A stretch of 34,505 nucleotides of DNA from positions 1 to 34,505 of IMG/VR virus record IMGVR_UViG_3300030330_002979; one strand, 5' to 3'. Below are positions 9,889 to 18,230 of this stretch, piece after piece. The translations under genes were made by a program, and so were the position numbers. The stretch's first letter is position 1; each line of letters starts with the position of its first letter. This stretch comes from a virus (taxonomy: Duplodnaviria; Caudoviricetes). The notes below the pieces were generated by a model, which was not told the origin of the DNA, did no database searches, and saw only the letters and a list, made by a program, of their open reading frames with translations.

Positions 9889-10225
9889 TATCAGGTATAA
9901 CAATACCAAGGTCAATGGCAGACCATCTAATTATACGCTCTATAAGTTTAGAAAACTCTTTTGTAGTTAGGGTTTTAGTAGATTGAATCTCAAAGTGGTC
10001 TTTAACTGCCTGATGCATTTCTCTCCTAGTATAACCCAAATCATCTGCCAACATATCCACTATCTTCCAGTAATAGTTGTTTTGTGTAGATGACCTAACA
10101 CCAGTTTCAACAAGTTCTAAATAATAATCACCATTTAAATCAGCTATTACGCTATCGAAACCAGTTCTGTTTAATATCTTTAGTTTACCATCTTTTATTT
10201 TGCAAGGGAATCGCATCTTGGACAT
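9863..10225 (-). CDS. ninB: NinB/Orf-like recombination protein
   Basis: RSSTQNNYYW and STKTLTTKEFSKLIE motifs. Confidence 0.7.
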   Translation of the reverse strand: MSKMRFPCKIKDGKLKILNRTGFDSVIADLNGDYYLELVETGVRSSTQNNYYWKIVDMLADDLGYTRREMHQAVKDHFEIQSTKTLTTKEFSKLIERIIRWSAIDLGIVIPDTKTLLQSS

Positions 10226-10458
10226 ACTTTCTCCTTCCAGAGTTTAATATCAGGGGAAGCCCATAGTCTCCCCTCAAACATATTCCATTTCTTTTTACAT
10301 TCAGGACACCAAGACAAATTTCTATCAGCCCTTATTTCATCTGTTTCTCTCGGTCTTCTATGGGTTTTATCTTTTACTTCAGTATATAAGGCATCTATTA
10401 CCCATTGTATAGAGCCAAATTTATCCTTTGACAGACTTATTCTCCTCAATGATGCCAC
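10195..10458 (-). CDS. Hypothetical zinc-finger protein
   Basis: CPEC...CPRC; overlaps both neighbours. Confidence 0.6.
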   Translation of the reverse strand: MASLRRISLSKDKFGSIQWVIDALYTEVKDKTHRRPRETDEIRADRNLSWCPECKKKWNMFEGRLWASPDIKLWKEKVCPRCDSLAK

Positions 10459-10741
10459 CTAACAACAATAAGTAGTTTCTAGCATCCTGTATCCTACCTA
10501 ATATAGATTCCTCACTTGATTCTTTACCTGTATGTATATAATTTCTTATTGAATCCATATGCTTTAGTAAGTATATCATAGCTACTTGTTCAGGTCGAAG
10601 TGACATTCTCTCAGCAATGCTTTTGAAGTTCTTGAACTTATCCTCATCAGAAACAGTATATTCCTCACCTTTTACCAGCATCAATCTGTTTTCTTCTTTT
10701 TGCATTGACTCTGCCCATTTTATAAAATCAGGTACTTTCAT
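10421..10741 (-). CDS. Nmad1/DUF1599-like all-helical nucleotide-modification-associated protein
   Basis: KGEEY...NF...KHMDSI...ESILGRIQDARNY pattern. Confidence 0.6.
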   Translation of the reverse strand: MKVPDFIKWAESMQKEENRLMLVKGEEYTVSDEDKFKNFKSIAERMSLRPEQVAMIYLLKHMDSIRNYIHTGKESSEESILGRIQDARNYLLLLGGIIEENKSVKG

Positions 10742-10854
10742 TTATCTCTCCAATATACCCATCTAGATTTATTAGTATCCCATTCACCATTTTCCCATTG
10801 GGTACTATTATAAACAACTAACACTAATACTAACATTAACATTAACTCTATCAT
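10738..10854 (-). CDS. 38-aa single-TM, Trp-rich peptide
   Basis: Not in ORF track. MIELMLMLVLVLVVYNSTQWENGEWDTNKSRWVYWRDK*; AAGGAG RBS; ATGA overlap with next gene. Confidence 0.7.
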   Translation of the reverse strand: MIELMLMLVLVLVVYNSTQWENGEWDTNKSRWVYWRDK

Positions 10855-10872
10855 TTTATCTCCTTATGGTTT

Positions 10873-11060
10873 AGAAGCGAAGGAGAAGCACCTACCGATA
10901 GGAATTGGATTTTGAGTCCAGACATTAGGTGTTACCAAAATTACTTCCCCTTGCCTCTTAATTAATTTTTTGCCCCTGAACGCCAATCCATTTATCAGAA
11001 TATTCATTTATGATTTAACAACCTAAGTTTAAAACAATATGAACAAATCCAAAGGGGCAA
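10873..11060 (-). ncRNA. Two tandem structured RNA elements (unnamed)
   Basis: Stems AGAGGCAAGGGGAAG/CUUCUCCUUCGCUUCU, CACCUA/UAGGUG and UUGCCCCU/AGGGGCAA; G-U pairs favour the minus strand. Confidence 0.5.
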
Positions 11061-11062
11061 TT

Positions 11063-11413
11063 TTATACTCCGCAGATGTTGTTATAAATTAAATCATAAT
11101 CAGCATCTACATACTTAATCATTGAATTTTTCCGCTCTTTCAAATCTTCGTACCATTGGATGCCACGCTTTTCAATAGCCCATTCAACAAATTCTGCTGG
11201 CGTTTTATGAGCGGAGAACTTAGAAGAAAATACATGACATCCAACACAGAGACAAAAACCATTCTCTATATCCCAGCGTACCACACGAATTGACCTAGAG
11301 TAGAAATGATGGGCATTAAGCGGTTTAGTTTTATGGCATTTTTCGCACATACCATATTCTTTGATTTTCTTAGCCCATGCATTATCTAACTTCTTTATTA
11401 AAGGTCGTTTCAC
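11063..11413 (-). CDS. ninG: NinG/Rap-like HNH endonuclease (junction resolvase)
   Basis: KKLD...CEKC...AHHFYSR...RWDIENGFCLCVGCH. Confidence 0.8.
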   Translation of the reverse strand: MKRPLIKKLDNAWAKKIKEYGMCEKCHKTKPLNAHHFYSRSIRVVRWDIENGFCLCVGCHVFSSKFSAHKTPAEFVEWAIEKRGIQWYEDLKERKNSMIKYVDADYDLIYNNICGV

Positions 11414-11896
11414 TTAGATAGGCAAACCATCTGACTGATTGCCATGAAGTACACTTAATAAACTATACATCCTATCTTCAATAGCCTCTATATCAAAGAC
11501 ACCATTCATACTTTGTACTGCAAGTTTTAAACATACTTGCTTATGAATATCAGCAGTTCTGTAGTCAACCTTTTGACCACCTGATGTAGTTTGTACTGTA
11601 GAAGGAGTAGAATTAGATGCATTCTTAATAGGTGTACCCTCTCTTGGAGTTACATCCCATGCAATTCTACCTTGCTCAGTTTCATTCTTAGCTATCTCCA
11701 CAACATCACCAGTTTTATAATACTGAAGTTTACTATGTAGTAAGTCTGTAGCAAATAAACTTACATCTTCACCATCTTTTTTAAGTCCATATAAGTTCCA
11801 TTGACCATAGTTATTAGTACCAGTTTTTGGCTGGTCAAACATAAACTCTACTACCGCACTACCATTTGTTGGTATCTTTAGTTGTTTTGTTTCCAT
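11414..11896 (-). CDS. Putative single-stranded DNA-binding protein
   Basis: OB-like beta N-terminus, low-complexity linker, SSB-like tail DGLPI; replication context. Confidence 0.45.
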   Translation of the reverse strand: METKQLKIPTNGSAVVEFMFDQPKTGTNNYGQWNLYGLKKDGEDVSLFATDLLHSKLQYYKTGDVVEIAKNETEQGRIAWDVTPREGTPIKNASNSTPSTVQTTSGGQKVDYRTADIHKQVCLKLAVQSMNGVFDIEAIEDRMYSLLSVLHGNQSDGLPI

Positions 11897-11910
11897 TTTA
11901 TCTCCTATTG

Positions 11911-12297
11911 TTATTTATAAAATTGTTTTGAATATAATTCTTTTAATGGCAATAATAACATCTTTGATGCATTATCATCACCACCATTTACTTTTTTTGC
12001 AATACCTTGGTCATACATAGCTCTCATCAACATCTTCAATCTAGGTACAGGAAAAGACACCATCCCCACCATAATATCATCTAATGTAAGAACATGAAAC
12101 CACCAATCAGCTTTTGTTACTGCTATGCCTGACTTCTTACCTCTGCATTCATATTCTATAGCTATATTACCTGTTGTAGCCCATATATCACGCTCAGTCT
12201 TTACTTCTATCTTACCTTTAGATTCAAGTAGGGTTTTTATCTTCTCCTCATATACTTGCCCCCAAGATAAGTCTATATCAAAGTTAGGGTTATACAT
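11911..12297 (-). CDS. PD-(D/E)XK nuclease-fold protein
   Basis: GQVYE...IEVKTE...TGNIAIEY...SGI..TKADWW. Confidence 0.55.
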   Translation of the reverse strand: MYNPNFDIDLSWGQVYEEKIKTLLESKGKIEVKTERDIWATTGNIAIEYECRGKKSGIAVTKADWWFHVLTLDDIMVGMVSFPVPRLKMLMRAMYDQGIAKKVNGGDDNASKMLLLPLKELYSKQFYK

Positions 12298-12560
12298 TAT
12301 AACCCCAACTCTGATTTGACCTTGGGAGTAAGGTCTTCTGCGTGAGTGGGAGATTCATAAGCACAGGTTTCTAATCTTGCCTTGCGAGGTCTATATTTTT
12401 TCAGGTAATCTTTAATATCTTCTATCATGTATTGGTAAGTCTGCCTATTAATAGTGATACTATAATCCTGACCATTCTCAAAGTTAACCCAAGTAATGGT
12501 AGCGTAATATAATCCTTTTTCATTGTTCTCCATGCCTGAACTTACATCAACTAATTTCAT
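12297..12560 (-). CDS. Hypothetical protein
   Basis: Fills operon with TAATG coupling. Confidence 0.7.
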   Translation of the reverse strand: MKLVDVSSGMENNEKGLYYATITWVNFENGQDYSITINRQTYQYMIEDIKDYLKKYRPRKARLETCAYESPTHAEDLTPKVKSELGL

Positions 12561-12564
12561 AATG

Positions 12565-13326
12565 TCAACCTTTAATTAACTCACCCCATAGAGAAGTTTT
12601 ACCATCAATGATTTGTACAATGTGAACTGTAAATAATCCATTATGATAAAAGTCTACTATGGCAAATGCATGACCCCAGTTTGTATTTCTACCACCTAAC
12701 CATTCATTAGCCTCTGCGGTCATATCCTTTAAACATCCTATACTCCATGCAGATTTTGCTCCATCAATATGAGTTACAGATGACTGCTGAATATCATGGT
12801 GATGTCCATACATTACATTACCACCCATTCTAATTAAGTGATTTCTAGTATGTTGGACTCCAGCGTAATGATGTCCATGATAGAAGTTAAGTTTACCTAT
12901 TCTAAGTAATTTACCTATTCTATGGTATTTATAACCCCTATCCTTTAATCTAACTGCCTTAGAAAATTTTAGGTCATTTAAATAAGGATTCTCATCAACA
13001 AACCTATTTAACCAGTCATCATGGTTACCTTCTATGAAATGTTTTATCTTTACATTAGCCTTATCTAAAGATTCATCAATCATATCCATACCTTTATTAA
13101 CATCAAGAATATCCTGATGTATAAAGGGTAATTGATATTCTAATGGCGGTCTTTTCTTTTTCTTCCATTGCCAATGTGAGCATCCCATCCATTCACCAAC
13201 ATCGCCTAAGTCTATATAACCATCAGGTTTGACAATCTCTATTGATTTACATAATACATTGATAGCCTTTTGGTCATGCAATGGAAAATGTTTATCAGGT
13301 GTTACTATGTATCGTTTTACTTTCAT
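12565..13326 (-). CDS. Calcineurin-like metallophosphoesterase
   Basis: PDKH, DLGD, GNHD, HGH, GHHH motifs; start placed at MKVKRY after GGAG RBS (track start 13347). Confidence 0.88.
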   Translation of the reverse strand: MKVKRYIVTPDKHFPLHDQKAINVLCKSIEIVKPDGYIDLGDVGEWMGCSHWQWKKKKRPPLEYQLPFIHQDILDVNKGMDMIDESLDKANVKIKHFIEGNHDDWLNRFVDENPYLNDLKFSKAVRLKDRGYKYHRIGKLLRIGKLNFYHGHHYAGVQHTRNHLIRMGGNVMYGHHHDIQQSSVTHIDGAKSAWSIGCLKDMTAEANEWLGGRNTNWGHAFAIVDFYHNGLFTVHIVQIIDGKTSLWGELIKG

Positions 13327-13547
13327 ATACGCTCCACTTTTAACCACTTATCCAATGCATTAATCCATTGACTATAAGTGGCTTCTTTTTTATTATACCT
13401 TACCCACATTTTATCAAATTCATCACTTAATCTATTTCTCATTTTTCTCAGGTGTCTCTCCTGACTTCTATTCCTAAATATCTCATTGGTAATCTCCGAT
13501 GTCTTATCCAAAAAGATTTTCTGTAGGTCTTTCGATGTATGTCTCAT
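13323..13547 (-). CDS. Hypothetical protein
   Basis: Fills gap between primase-helicase and phosphoesterase, overlapping both. Confidence 0.6.
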   Translation of the reverse strand: MRHTSKDLQKIFLDKTSEITNEIFRNRSQERHLRKMRNRLSDEFDKMWVRYNKKEATYSQWINALDKWLKVERI

Positions 13548-15174
13548 ATTTTCCTGTTCTTATGTTATAGTTTAACTTACCAATCCCTGGCTTTCCATTC
13601 TTATATTGGAATCTAATCTTATGTACATGGACTCCAACATAATCATCATCTTCACTTCTATGGCGATGTATTGTAATAGCATTATCAGCTTTATTAAACC
13701 AATTTGCTGAACCACTAATATCATAAGGCGTGGGTACTACAGGTTTTCTATTTACATCATTTTCCATTTTTCTTGGATGTGCTACCACCCATATGTGAAT
13801 CTCAGATACTTTAGCAAATGCAGTCAACTCAGATAAAACCCTAGATACATAATTAGTCTCATTCTCACCATCACCAAACTTATGTTCTAATGTATTCCAA
13901 GGGTCAATTACCAATCCATTTAATCCAAACCTATAGTTAAGTAATCTAGCTTGTTCCATTATTGATGCTATTGTAACTGAATTTTCTTGTGTACCTATGA
14001 ATTTAATATGTTCATCCAGTATATCCATAGAATTTCTTGCAACCTCTTCTGACATCTTTTCCTCACCATAAAAAGGTTGACCAGCAAACTTACCTACTAA
14101 TTTTAGTAAGTGATGTTTTACAGGAAAATTCTCTGCTGAAAATATACCAAACTTCCAGCCATATTCTTGCACCATATTAATCATCAGAGCATCCATCCAT
14201 TCTGATTTACCCATATTAGGCACACCTGTAACCACCGATACTTCACTAGGGCTAACCCTATAAAATGTATCTAAGTCACTCCAGCCTGTAGATAAGCCCA
14301 TATGTTCAGGCTTATTTAATAAATCAATAGCCTCATCGATTACATCTTTAACTTCTACAACACCATCAATAGGATAAGGATGTGCATCAGATATAATCTC
14401 ATTAACCCTATCTTCACCATATTTAACAAGTACATCATTCATATCTTTGCAGTCTAATGGGAATGTCACTCTAAAGCATTTTTCCCTACCTATTCGCCTA
14501 GATAATTCATCTCTTAAGTGTTTACCTGCATCATCAGAATCTGTGCATAATATGATTGTTTCAGCGTTCATTAAATGCTCTTCAGCAGATATAAGATAGC
14601 TAAACTTCCTATCAGATGGTTTACTATTTGGTTGCGTTGCTCCATCAGGAACAGATACTACATTATTAAAACCAGCCTCAACAAGTGCTAATGCATCCAT
14701 CTCACCTTCAGTTATAATAATGGTTTGCATCCCTACCATATGGTCAAATCTATAGAAACATTTTTCTGCATTCTTTTCTTGCTTGAATCCTTTTGCTAAT
14801 GTTCTTGATTTGATATTAACCACTTCACCATCTTTATAAAATGGAAACTGAATCCAGCTATTATTGAAACCAATCTTTTCCTGTTGTAAAGTATCTTCAG
14901 ATATACCTCTATCACCAAACCAATCGATGATGTCTTGAGGTAGTTCTGTTTTAACTTCCTGTTTTGGCTTTTGTATTATCTCTTTAATATCCATAGGTTT
15001 TTTATTTAAACTCCCTTTCCAGCCACAATGATGACAAAACCATACACCCTCATCATGATTGATTGCAAGACATTTATCATTTGGTTTAGACCTTGTATGA
15101 GAACATTTAGGGCAAGTAGTTCGTTCCTGACCATAGGTTTTCCTTGCATAGATTCCATTACTTTCTAAGGTCAT
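13504..15174 (-). CDS. DNA primase-helicase (T7 gp4/Twinkle-like)
   Basis: Zn ribbon CPKC...CHHC; TOPRIM ITEGEMDAL, DSDDAG, KDMND; SF4 helicase TGVPNMGKS, VIDPW, VAHPRK, SGSANW. Confidence 0.95.
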   Translation of the reverse strand: MTLESNGIYARKTYGQERTTCPKCSHTRSKPNDKCLAINHDEGVWFCHHCGWKGSLNKKPMDIKEIIQKPKQEVKTELPQDIIDWFGDRGISEDTLQQEKIGFNNSWIQFPFYKDGEVVNIKSRTLAKGFKQEKNAEKCFYRFDHMVGMQTIIITEGEMDALALVEAGFNNVVSVPDGATQPNSKPSDRKFSYLISAEEHLMNAETIILCTDSDDAGKHLRDELSRRIGREKCFRVTFPLDCKDMNDVLVKYGEDRVNEIISDAHPYPIDGVVEVKDVIDEAIDLLNKPEHMGLSTGWSDLDTFYRVSPSEVSVVTGVPNMGKSEWMDALMINMVQEYGWKFGIFSAENFPVKHHLLKLVGKFAGQPFYGEEKMSEEVARNSMDILDEHIKFIGTQENSVTIASIMEQARLLNYRFGLNGLVIDPWNTLEHKFGDGENETNYVSRVLSELTAFAKVSEIHIWVVAHPRKMENDVNRKPVVPTPYDISGSANWFNKADNAITIHRHRSEDDDYVGVHVHKIRFQYKNGKPGIGKLNYNIRTGKYETYIERPTENLFG

Positions 15175-15295
15175 ACAGGAACTCCAAGTCTTCTAACTTA
15201 CTTTGAGTGATGTTTAACCTAGTTTGTAAATATGCAATCCATACTGCTGAAAAACATAGATACCCTGTTATTAATATGCTATAAAATAAATCCAT
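15158..15295 (-). CDS. 45-aa single-TM protein
   Basis: Not in ORF track. MDLFYSILITGYLCFSAVWIAYLQTRL...DLRK*; GGGAG RBS. Confidence 0.65.
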   Translation of the reverse strand: MDLFYSILITGYLCFSAVWIAYLQTRLNITQSKLEDLEFLYDLRK

Positions 15296-15296
15296 T

Positions 15297-16088
15297 TTAT
15301 TTTCTCCCTTTGTATTTTAAATAGATGTTAGTGAACTTAGTTTGACCATTGTTAGATTTATTTCTAAGACCTCGTAATGATATAAGGTTACTATACCAGA
15401 ATTTATCATTAGTAGCCCATTTAATTACATCCCTAACAATCGTTTCAGAATAATCATCTAATTTTATAATCATATAAAGCGTGTTTATAGAATCATTAAC
15501 AAGACAATCATCCTTTTTCCAGTTGGCTTTTACTGCCTGTGGAAAATGTTTGTGTTTTTCTGTATAGAACTCATGCACTATATTACCTAAATAAGTAATT
15601 TGTTTTTCATTAAGTTCTTTTAATAGTGGTATAAATTTCTTTGATGGATTAATATAATCTCTATATATTATATTATTATAATATCCATCAAGATTCTTTG
15701 TACCACTTTGTGCATCTGATTCAACAATATCAGCATTTACAGAAATACCCCCATCAAAATAATTTGTACAGGGTACACTCGCATAATCATTTGAGGTGGT
15801 AATTTCCTTTGGTGGGGTAAGATATATACATCTACGCTTAACTGCTTTACTATTTTTCTCATGTTCATGCACACAAAAAATATAAAAACAACTTCTTAAA
15901 CTAGATAATGATGAACTAATTGTAGCAGTTGTCACATCAAATAGCTTTGCAAATTGAGTGTTAGATTTTATACAATACCCATCGACCATACTAGCAGTAA
16001 TTTCTGAATAAAGTAATTTATCAAATGGTTTTAATCTTGAATCATGCCTGACATTTGATGGCAAAATTCCTATATATCCATACTTCAT
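15297..16088 (-). CDS. Replication initiator (winged-HTH N-terminus, lambda O-like C-terminus)
   Basis: ILPSNVRHDSRL...KLLYSEI...YCIKSNTQFAKLF HTH; WATNDKFWYSNLISLRGLR C-terminus; start moved to MKYGY after AAGGGAG RBS (track start 16136). Confidence 0.75.
   Translation of the reverse strand: MKYGYIGILPSNVRHDSRLKPFDKLLYSEITASMVDGYCIKSNTQFAKLFDVTTATISSSLSSLRSCFYIFCVHEHEKNSKAVKRRCIYLTPPKEITTSNDYASVPCTNYFDGGISVNADIVESDAQSGTKNLDGYYNNIIYRDYINPSKKFIPLLKELNEKQITYLGNIVHEFYTEKHKHFPQAVKANWKKDDCLVNDSINTLYMIIKLDDYSETIVRDVIKWATNDKFWYSNLISLRGLRNKSNNGQTKFTNIYLKYKGRK
15640..15820. other. Candidate replication origin inside initiator gene
   Basis: CCATCAA.AT..TTTGTAC repeated at 15685 and 15751, related inverted copy near 15800-15818, adjoining AT-rich stretch at about 15645-15684. 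Confidence 0.4.
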
Positions 16089-16093
16089 GTTAT

Positions 16094-16140
16094 CTCCCTT
16101 TCGAGTGGAGGGCTGGTAAAAAGGAGGTAAAACCAACCCT
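16094..16140 (-). promoter_or_regulatory. Hairpin with anti-Shine-Dalgarno loop upstream of initiator RBS
   Basis: AGGGUUGGU-(UUUACCUCCUUUUU)-ACCAGCCCU followed by AAAGGGAG RBS. Confidence 0.55.
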
Positions 16141-16166
16141 TGAATATAAATCCACTCTTAATTATT

Positions 16167-16379
16167 TTATTTATCCTTTTTTTCATTCTTGAATATACGA
16201 CCTTTATTATAATCTGTGCAACTCTTATCTGCATTATACATATACTCCACGAAATGAGCAAAGTCCACATCATATACTTTTTCTTTCCTAATCATTTTAC
16301 AAAACAGATTTATAAGTTTTTTCTCATTCTTAGTAAACCATTTTGAAAATCTTTTAAACTGAGGATTGTTTACACTCAT
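16167..16379 (-). CDS. Hypothetical protein
   Basis: AAGGAG RBS; in operon. Confidence 0.65.
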   Translation of the reverse strand: MSVNNPQFKRFSKWFTKNEKKLINLFCKMIRKEKVYDVDFAHFVEYMYNADKSCTDYNKGRIFKNEKKDK

Positions 16380-16671
16380 TGCAAGTCTCCTTTTTTAGTG
16401 GTATTCCTTTAAATAAACCTGTATTTAAATAAGTAATATTAGGATGATACTTATCGACCCTAACTGAATTTTGATAAACCCTACTGCATTTATCACATCT
16501 TCTTGGTTGGATTACAGGCGTTCCTTGCCTTTGACCATCTGATATTTTTTCTGCATGAACACCCTTTTTATCAAACCATTCAGAGTCTTTAAAATAATAT
16601 TTCATAGTTAATATATTTGCATCATCCATTTTTGTGTAATCTGCAATATTTCTTGCTCTTCTTATAGCCAT
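16354..16671 (-). CDS. Hypothetical zinc-binding protein
   Basis: CDKC...CNEC; AAGGAG RBS. Confidence 0.7.
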   Translation of the reverse strand: MAIRRARNIADYTKMDDANILTMKYYFKDSEWFDKKGVHAEKISDGQRQGTPVIQPRRCDKCSRVYQNSVRVDKYHPNITYLNTGLFKGIPLKKETCNECKQSSV

Positions 16672-17015
16672 TTATTTTTCTCCTTTATTGCCCAATTTTC
16701 TGCTTTTATCTCCCACTTATTATGGTCATGGGCATTTAAACCATAATGCGTGGCTACTTCTGATGCTTGATTATACTTCTTTAAATACTTTTTTCCTAAT
16801 CTTTTATTATCTAAAGCGTGTCTAATCTCATGCAACAATGTTAATAAAAATTCGTCATAGGAATTATAATGCTCATTAAGAAATATACAATCCCTCAGAA
16901 CATTATAACTCCCATAATCTAAACCATCAACAATATAAACTTCTGTATCAAGTTCATACTCCTGAACTAGTCTTCTAGCGGTATCAATATTGGTTTTTAT
17001 TTTGCTCATATGCAT
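16662..17015 (-). CDS. HExxH zinc metallopeptidase (ImmA/IrrE-like fold)
   Basis: TLLHEIRHA followed by downstream WEIKAENWA. Confidence 0.7.
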   Translation of the reverse strand: MHMSKIKTNIDTARRLVQEYELDTEVYIVDGLDYGSYNVLRDCIFLNEHYNSYDEFLLTLLHEIRHALDNKRLGKKYLKKYNQASEVATHYGLNAHDHNKWEIKAENWAIKEKNKWL

Positions 17016-17193
17016 CTAATTTAGTTATCATTGCATTTACTTTATCCGATAGCTGGTTAACTTCATTCCTGAGAATGTTGTAATCTCCCATATCTTCACC
17101 TTCAGTATGCACCCAAATCGACCTGATAAACTCACTACATTCATGTAGCATTCTATTTAGTTCAACAAAATTAGTCTTTATCATTATAAACAT
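16984..17193 (-). CDS. Hypothetical coiled-coil protein
   Basis: In operon; start uncertain (17193 or 17184). Confidence 0.6.
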   Translation of the reverse strand: MFIMIKTNFVELNRMLHECSEFIRSIWVHTEGEDMGDYNILRNEVNQLSDKVNAMITKLDAYEQNKNQY

Positions 17194-17329
17194 CCTTGAA
17201 TATAAGGTTTACCGCCTGTTTCCAATCTCCATGGTCTTTTATCATACCTTCGTTTACATTCCTAACAACATTTAATTCCTGTAAGATATTATAAACTCTA
17301 AGACCTTTTTTATCTATTTTAACTTTCAT
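17171..17329 (-). CDS. Hypothetical 52-aa protein
   Basis: Not in ORF track. MKVKIDKKGLRVYNIL...YNDKD*; GGAG RBS. Confidence 0.65.
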   Translation of the reverse strand: MKVKIDKKGLRVYNILQELNVVRNVNEGMIKDHGDWKQAVNLIFKDVYNDKD

Positions 17330-17552
17330 TATTACTCCATGATTTTAAAATATATTTATTAATTTCTTCTTTAAATATAATATTTTTAGTAGTTATTTCA
17401 TCTGATTCTATAAATCTATCTTCACCATTACTATCTACTCCATCATAACAATAATGAAAAGCACATTCATCATCATCTAAATTATTCACTTCATTTTCAA
17501 CACCGCCAAAATCATATTTACATTTATTACACACCATTTTTATTTCTATCAT
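17319..17552 (-). CDS. Hypothetical acidic protein with CxxC
   Basis: AAGGAG RBS; CNKC. Confidence 0.65.
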   Translation of the reverse strand: MIEIKMVCNKCKYDFGGVENEVNNLDDDECAFHYCYDGVDSNGEDRFIESDEITTKNIIFKEEINKYILKSWSNNES

Positions 17553-17682
17553 TTTTATTCTCCTTTATTATAACCCTACCATCATCAAAAAGCCATGTAC
17601 CTATTTCTAAGTATTTTTGATAATTATAAGGATGACCGCCATGAACCATACATAATTCATGGTATTGTTGTTGTGTTATCAT
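17527..17682 (-). CDS. Hypothetical 51-aa protein
   Basis: Not in ORF track. MITQQQYHELCMVHGGHPY...KNGV*; AAGGAG RBS. Confidence 0.6.
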   Translation of the reverse strand: MITQQQYHELCMVHGGHPYNYQKYLEIGTWLFDDGRVIIKENKNDRNKNGV

Positions 17683-17684
17683 TT

Positions 17685-17900
17685 TCACTCCTTTATTGCT
17701 GGTGCAACAATGTAATCAAAATAATCACATTCTTTACCGCTTGATATTAAGCATTTTTTACCACACAAGTCAACATCAACCCATTGTCTTAATTTTGAGT
17801 CAATCATTATGCCTGAACAGGTATACCCTGTATTATAATTGGCACAATGGTTTTTGACCTTGATATTAGGGTTGCTTGCATTTTCTCGATTCATTCTCAT
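17685..17900 (-). CDS. Cys-rich hypothetical protein
   Basis: Five Cys (HCANY..CSG..CGKKC..ECDYF); GAGG RBS. Confidence 0.7.
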   Translation of the reverse strand: MRMNRENASNPNIKVKNHCANYNTGYTCSGIMIDSKLRQWVDVDLCGKKCLISSGKECDYFDYIVAPAIKE

Positions 17901-17911
17901 TTATAAGCCTC

Positions 17912-18070
17912 TTAAATATAGCATTTTTCAATCTTTTTTGTTCCTTTTATTCTTGCAATACTATTTATACCCTGAGACTCTGCAAAAATAAATTTAGCTT
18001 GTTTCATTGTTTTTGCATTTATTACCGCACCATTTGAAGTGCCTTGAAAATATATCCAATATTGTTGCAT
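17912..18070 (-). CDS. Hypothetical 52-aa protein
   Basis: Not in ORF track. MQQYWIYFQGTSNGAVINAK...KCYI*; AAGGA RBS; first gene after promoter at 18098-18125. Confidence 0.7.
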   Translation of the reverse strand: MQQYWIYFQGTSNGAVINAKTMKQAKFIFAESQGINSIARIKGTKKIEKCYI

Positions 18071-18097
18071 TTTATTTTCCTTTTTTTGTTGGTCGAT

Positions 18098-18125
18098 ATT
18101 ATAACATAAAAATAATACAAGTCAA
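18098..18125 (-). promoter_or_regulatory. Sigma70-type promoter for replication operon
   Basis: TTGACT-16 nt-TATAAT with extended -10 TG. Confidence 0.75.
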
Positions 18126-18230
18126 GTTATTTTTTAAATTATAAAATATAATTATAAAATATAAATATAAATTATAAATTTATATCAAATATTTTTCAAA
18201 TTTATTTTTCAAATTTATTTTTTCTTATTG

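Noticed and set aside
10873-11060. tRNA, twister or hammerhead ribozyme
   Set aside because: No cloverleaf or TTCGA arm; lacks the twister GAG after P2 and the hammerhead CUGANGA/GAAA core
16140-16346. Plus-strand hydrophobic 68-aa ORF with AAGGAGGT 11 nt upstream (type I toxin-like)
   Set aside because: Hydrophobicity is expected antisense to a Lys-rich gene, the start is TTG, no plus-strand promoter was seen, and the hairpin pairs better on the minus strand; not fully excluded
18130-18230. CRISPR-like or iteron array
   Set aside because: Short degenerate AT-only repeats with no regular spacers
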